DNA from: a virus
Lineage: Duplodnaviria > Caudoviricetes
Reading direction: 5' to 3' (one strand)
DNA: 57,053 nucleotides
Virus record (IMG/VR): IMGVR_UViG_3300015206_000001
Coordinates: 1-57,053 of that record
Below are positions 53,681 to 57,053 of this stretch, in pieces; position 1 is the stretch's first letter; each line of letters opens with the position of its first letter. The translations under genes were made by a program, and so were the position numbers. The notes under the pieces were generated by a model. The model did no database searches and was not told the DNA's origin. It worked only from the letters and a program-made list of their open reading frames with translations.

Positions 53681-53835
53681 TGGGGTACAACTCCCCCAAG
53701 GGCTGGCCGCACCTTTTTGGGCCCGTAAATACGCTGATTTTATTGGCCTTTTTACGCAACGATGCCGCAATCGCGCAGAACGATGCATGAATCACACGGG
53801 GGCGTGCGTGGAATAGCCGTGGACTGGCGGGGAAT
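53620..53835. other. Candidate attP region
   Basis: Paired CGTGG(G)A repeats (53624, 53635; 53808, 53818) and AATCAR IHF-like sites flanking 53681-53725. Confidence 0.45.
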
Positions 53836-53871
53836 TTGTTCACGGCGCGTTCCAGTGTATGACACCGGGCC

Positions 53872-54179
53872 ATGCCGGACCTCTACCTTCGCAAAGTCGA
53901 CCACCACCAGGCGCGCGACAATTACCGCGTGATCCTGAAGCTCGACGGGGCCGAATTCGAGATCGGCTCGATCGGCCTGATGACCTTCACCAGTTCGGAC
54001 ACGGCCTGGACATGGGGCATCGATACCGTGCTGCCGTGCGCGACAATGAATCCGAAGGGCGCGGGACCGATCGGCGCGACTGCATGGCCAGGTTCCGATC
54101 TGCTTGGGAACTGCACTGCAAAGAGCCGGGCTGGCTGGATGAGTTTCTGGCAATGAAACGCCGGGCCCGGCGCGCATGA
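53872..54179 (+). pseudogene. Frameshifted hypothetical gene
   Basis: Coding sense switches frame at about 54037 (CCG-TG-CGC-GAC); the second frame ends ATGA-coupled to the next gene. Confidence 0.55.
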
Positions 54180-54457
54180 CCTGGTCGCTCGAATTCGAAG
54201 ATGAGATCAAAACGCCGGATGGAAAGACGCTTACGTCACTACGTGACGCAGCAACCTATATCGCCGCATTGCCATCAAAAACCGCCAAGCAGGACCATTG
54301 GCAGCTCGCGATCGAGACGCTGATCATGGCAGCCGAGAAACGCGGTCCCATCCTGCATGCCCAGATCGCGATGAACCGGGCGCTGAACCACGGCCGCCCG
54401 GCGCCGGAAAAGCCGCCGAGACGCAAGGCGGCCAAGAAATATCGCGTGATCCGATAA
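54176..54457 (+). CDS. Hypothetical protein
   Basis: PDGKTLTSLRDAATYI..WQLAIETL. Confidence 0.75.
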   Translation: MTWSLEFEDEIKTPDGKTLTSLRDAATYIAALPSKTAKQDHWQLAIETLIMAAEKRGPILHAQIAMNRALNHGRPAPEKPPRRKAAKKYRVIR

Positions 54458-54461
54458 GACA

Positions 54462-54499
54462 CAAAAAAAGCCCGGGACCTTTCGGCCACCGGGTTTTTA
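54462..54499. terminator. Bidirectional intrinsic terminator
   Basis: AAAAAAAGCCCGG...CCGGGTTTTT between convergent genes. Confidence 0.75.
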
Positions 54500-54570
54500 G
54501 TTTGGGGGACTCTACCAAACTCAACGCAACCTAACGAACTATGGCCGCCGGGGCGCCGGGAAAACCTGCC

Positions 54571-55548
54571 CTATTGGAACGTATCCCTGATCATCTCGCC
54601 CAGGCCGACCTTGTCGAAGCCGGCCGAGCAACGCCCTAGCCATTTCCCAGTCAATCCGCGAAGCGTTTTGCTTCGTCGCTCGCCGGTCACTGGATCAATG
54701 GCGGTCGAGATGAAGTCGACGATCGAGCCCTGCGAGGCCTGTATCGCCTCGCTGGCCGTAGTTTCCAGATGGGGGATTTCGATGGTGATGTTCTGCAGCG
54801 CGCGCAGCGTCGCCGCATATTTGGAGCTATGGTCCCATTCGAAGAACTTGGTTTCGTTGATGTAGTTCTTGACGATGAAATGGCTGACCGATGCTCCGAG
54901 CAGGTTTGTAGCGTCGGCAATCTCGTCCAGCGAAGACAGCGACGGCCCCAGGACATGCAATAGCGCAAGCCGCAGCCGGCCGGCCCGGACATCCTCCAGC
55001 AGCATGGCATCGTCGCAAGCCCGAAGGGTCATGCCGAGCACGCCGGCCGGCAGATCCACGATCGTGACGCCGGCCAGGTTGTCGAACAGCTTCATCTGAT
55101 CGGCAATGTCGGTGACGTTGAGCACCTCGGCCTCGGGATGAAACCGCGCCAAGTCGCCGCGCGGATATTGCCCGTCGACCAGGCGCGCCTTCGGAAAATC
55201 CCGCAGCTCCGGCGATTCCAAGTAGCCCTTGATCGCGCGGCATATTGTGGTCTTGCCGACACCGCCCTTCTCGGCGCCGACGACGATAACGAGTGGCGTA
55301 GTCATGGAAGAGTCCTTTTGCGGTGGTTTTGAAAATCGTTGGATCTGTCTTTCGAAGGCGCCAAGCTCGAGCGTCCTCATGACCGGCTCAGGCGCCGTAA
55401 CGTCCCCGTCGCGCAACCGCCGGATCCAATAGTTGGCAAGCGGCTTCCACTCGCCCTCTTCGCGAAGAGGCCGAAGCGACACGGGGTCCGGCACGAGCAA
55501 AGGTTTGAGGTCAGCGCCGACGGCCGGCTTGAGAAAGATGGTCTGCAT
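54571..55548 (-). CDS. DUF2635 domain fused in frame to a ParA/MinD-like P-loop ATPase (internal start at 55305)
   Basis: N-terminal LVPDP..EGEWKP..YWIRRLRDGDV; deviant Walker A KGGVGKTT; IVDLPAG; AAGGA RBS before MTTPLVIVV. Confidence 0.75.
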   Translation of the reverse strand: MQTIFLKPAVGADLKPLLVPDPVSLRPLREEGEWKPLANYWIRRLRDGDVTAPEPVMRTLELGAFERQIQRFSKPPQKDSSMTTPLVIVVGAEKGGVGKTTICRAIKGYLESPELRDFPKARLVDGQYPRGDLARFHPEAEVLNVTDIADQMKLFDNLAGVTIVDLPAGVLGMTLRACDDAMLLEDVRAGRLRLALLHVLGPSLSSLDEIADATNLLGASVSHFIVKNYINETKFFEWDHSSKYAATLRALQNITIEIPHLETTASEAIQASQGSIVDFISTAIDPVTGERRSKTLRGLTGKWLGRCSAGFDKVGLGEMIRDTFQ

Positions 55549-55629
55549 GATGCTCAGACGAGCCTGCGGGCTTACAGTCGAGCGTCGGTGGCCGCCGGCA
55601 ACCGGGAGGAAGCCGGCGGGTTTCGAACG

Positions 55630-55875
55630 TCAGCTCGTTGGCGCTGGCGAGATATCGAGGAAGTAGAAGCCGCCGAGTTCAAACGCCGCGATCGCATCAG
55701 GGTTAGTAATGCCGAGTGTCAACTCGCCTTGCGGCGTTGCTTGCGACCACGACTTGTTCTCGCCGTTCTCGCCCGTCCATACCGGCATGAATTTTACTTC
55801 GCAGAAGACGTGCCCCGGCGAAGTGTGGACGTGGTGAATGTCCTTACATTGGAACTTGCAACGGACCTTTGACAT
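55630..55875 (-). CDS. Conserved small phage protein
   Basis: AAGGAGA RBS; VRCKF..ENKSWSQATPQG..ITNP..FYFLD. Confidence 0.75.
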   Translation of the reverse strand: MSKVRCKFQCKDIHHVHTSPGHVFCEVKFMPVWTGENGENKSWSQATPQGELTLGITNPDAIAAFELGGFYFLDISPAPTS

Positions 55876-55916
55876 GGTCTTCTCCTTGATTTGCCGGAAA
55901 CCGCCGGCGCGGATTT

Positions 55917-56396
55917 CTAAACGCCTCCTGGCGCCACGTAGCAATAAACGTAATCGCCGCGGCTCAAGAAGATGATGCCGTGACCTGTCGGATTGGACTG
56001 GTCGTATTTCAGCTTGTGGTTCGGTACGACGATCTTGGTGCCGATCGGAACATGCTTGCGGCGCAACGGTTCGTCCGGTCGCGGATCCGTGATGATCGCG
56101 ACATACTTGTCGCCGTCGACCTCGAAAGAGTCGGCCCAATAGGCGTCGGCCTCGCCGCAACACGACACGGCCGGATTGTCCGGCTGCATCAGGGCCTGGT
56201 ACCAGGCGCGCACGTCCTGGTCGGTCGCTTCCCATTGGCCGTAATCGCGGGCGCGCGCGGCATGAACACAAAGCGCAAGGATCACAACAGCGGCAAAGAA
56301 GATCAGTGCACGCTGCCAGTATCGCGCGGTAAGTTGAGATGCCAAAACGATCATGATGATTGCCACCAGAACAGCGAAAGCGATCGCGTTCTTCAT
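55917..56396 (-). CDS. Membrane-anchored or secreted Cys-containing protein
   Basis: Two N-terminal hydrophobic segments; SCCGEAD and VYCY motifs. Confidence 0.75.
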   Translation of the reverse strand: MKNAIAFAVLVAIIMIVLASQLTARYWQRALIFFAAVVILALCVHAARARDYGQWEATDQDVRAWYQALMQPDNPAVSCCGEADAYWADSFEVDGDKYVAIITDPRPDEPLRRKHVPIGTKIVVPNHKLKYDQSNPTGHGIIFLSRGDYVYCYVAPGGV

Positions 56397-56698
56397 TGGC
56401 CGAGCTTGGCTTTGATGCCGAGCCAGATCAGCCCGCAGACGCCCGTCACCAGGACCATCACCATCGCCTTCCAACCGGCGCTCTCGACCTGCTCGCTAGC
56501 CTTGCGCCAGCGTCGCAAATGCTGAAAGTCAGCGCGGAGCTCGACGCGATCCTCATCCTCGATGCCGAAAGATGTCAGGATGGTCGATATCGTTCGTAGA
56601 ACGACTTCGTCTGCTTCATTGTTGTGAAGCCGCTTCTGCTCGGCGAGGACTTCCACGACCACGCTTTTCGCCAGGTCCTTGACTTCATCTTCGCGCAT
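56393..56698 (-). CDS. Membrane protein with C-terminal TM helix
   Basis: RADFQHLRRWR..MVMVLVTGVCGLIWLG. Confidence 0.75.
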   Translation of the reverse strand: MREDEVKDLAKSVVVEVLAEQKRLHNNEADEVVLRTISTILTSFGIEDEDRVELRADFQHLRRWRKASEQVESAGWKAMVMVLVTGVCGLIWLGIKAKLGQ

Positions 56699-56756
56699 TC
56701 CAGCCCCGCCAAAAGGAGAGCGGCCCGCCGACTATCGACGGGCCGTCGAATAGCGA

Positions 56757-57053
56757 TCAGAGCGATCCGAGAGTGAAGTGCTTCTTGACCGAGAGCGAGA
56801 ACACGCTGACATCAGGCTGGCCGCGCTGTGTCGGAGCATTCTTATATTCGAACGCCGCCGACCAGCTGGATGCGATCGCGGTCTCGATGCCGATACCCGC
56901 GCACGCTTCCATGATGCCGTGGCGCAAGCATCCGCCGCCGATCAGATAGGGTGTCGAATTCTGCAACAGCGTCGTCGGCACCAGGCCAGCGAACGGGTTC
57001 TGGCCAGATGTGACTGGCTGGGATGACGCAGGCGTCAAAGTATTGAAGAAGTT
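56757..57053 (-). CDS. Outer-membrane beta-barrel-like protein, 3' part (continuation of 523-1)
   Basis: PYLIGG, GIGIETAI..WSAAFEY, FSLSVKKHF strands. Confidence 0.7.
   Translation of the reverse strand, partial: NFFNTLTPASSQPVTSGQNPFAGLVPTTLLQNSTPYLIGGGCLRHGIMEACAGIGIETAIASSWSAAFEYKNAPTQRGQPDVSVFSLSVKKHFTLGSL
56912..57053 (+). repeat. Terminal direct repeat, right copy
   Basis: 140/142 identical to 1-142. Confidence 0.95.

Larger units (their letters stand above)
1..57053. mobile_element. Complete temperate phage genome (lambda-like head, Mu-like contractile tail, integrase), circularly assembled
   Basis: Full set of packaging, head, tail, lysis, replication, immunity and integration genes. 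Ends overlap by 142 bp and one ORF is continuous across the join. Confidence 0.95.

Noticed and set aside
56912-57053. Physical terminal repeats or attL/attR
   Set aside because: The repeat falls mid-gene, far from the integrase, and the terminase and cos features point to cohesive ends. Assembly overlap is the simpler explanation.

Overview
The window is an apparently complete (~56.9 kb, circularly assembled) temperate tailed phage genome of high GC. Several gene families suggest a Bradyrhizobium-like alphaproteobacterial host (inference). Bases 1-142 repeat at 56912-57053 with 2 mismatches, and one gene reads through the join. The late operon (minus strand) has a lambda-like packaging/head module (cos with a cosQ-identical GGGTCCT, Nu1, gpA, gpW, portal, S49 protease/scaffold, gpD, gpE) joined to a Mu-like contractile tail and baseplate. 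It continues into tail fibre and accessory fibre genes with a DUF4038/GH140-like glycosidase, a GH19 endolysin with small membrane proteins, and host-like cargo (outer-membrane beta-barrel, secreted protein, DUF2635-fused ParA/MinD-like ATPase). The early regions encode a primase-helicase with an iteron-rich origin candidate, ParB, MT-A70, DUF5131, ASCH, FtsK-gamma, a cro/cI switch with operators, excisionase, integrase and an attP candidate. The most unusual unexplained signals are: a ~420-nt tandem array of multi-branched structured RNAs with mutually exclusive pairings (47046-47452), a nested antiparallel gene pair just downstream, a cI frame open right across cro, the junction-spanning porin-like gene and the DUF2635-ATPase fusion. 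Family calls come from motif recognition by eye; no database searches were run.
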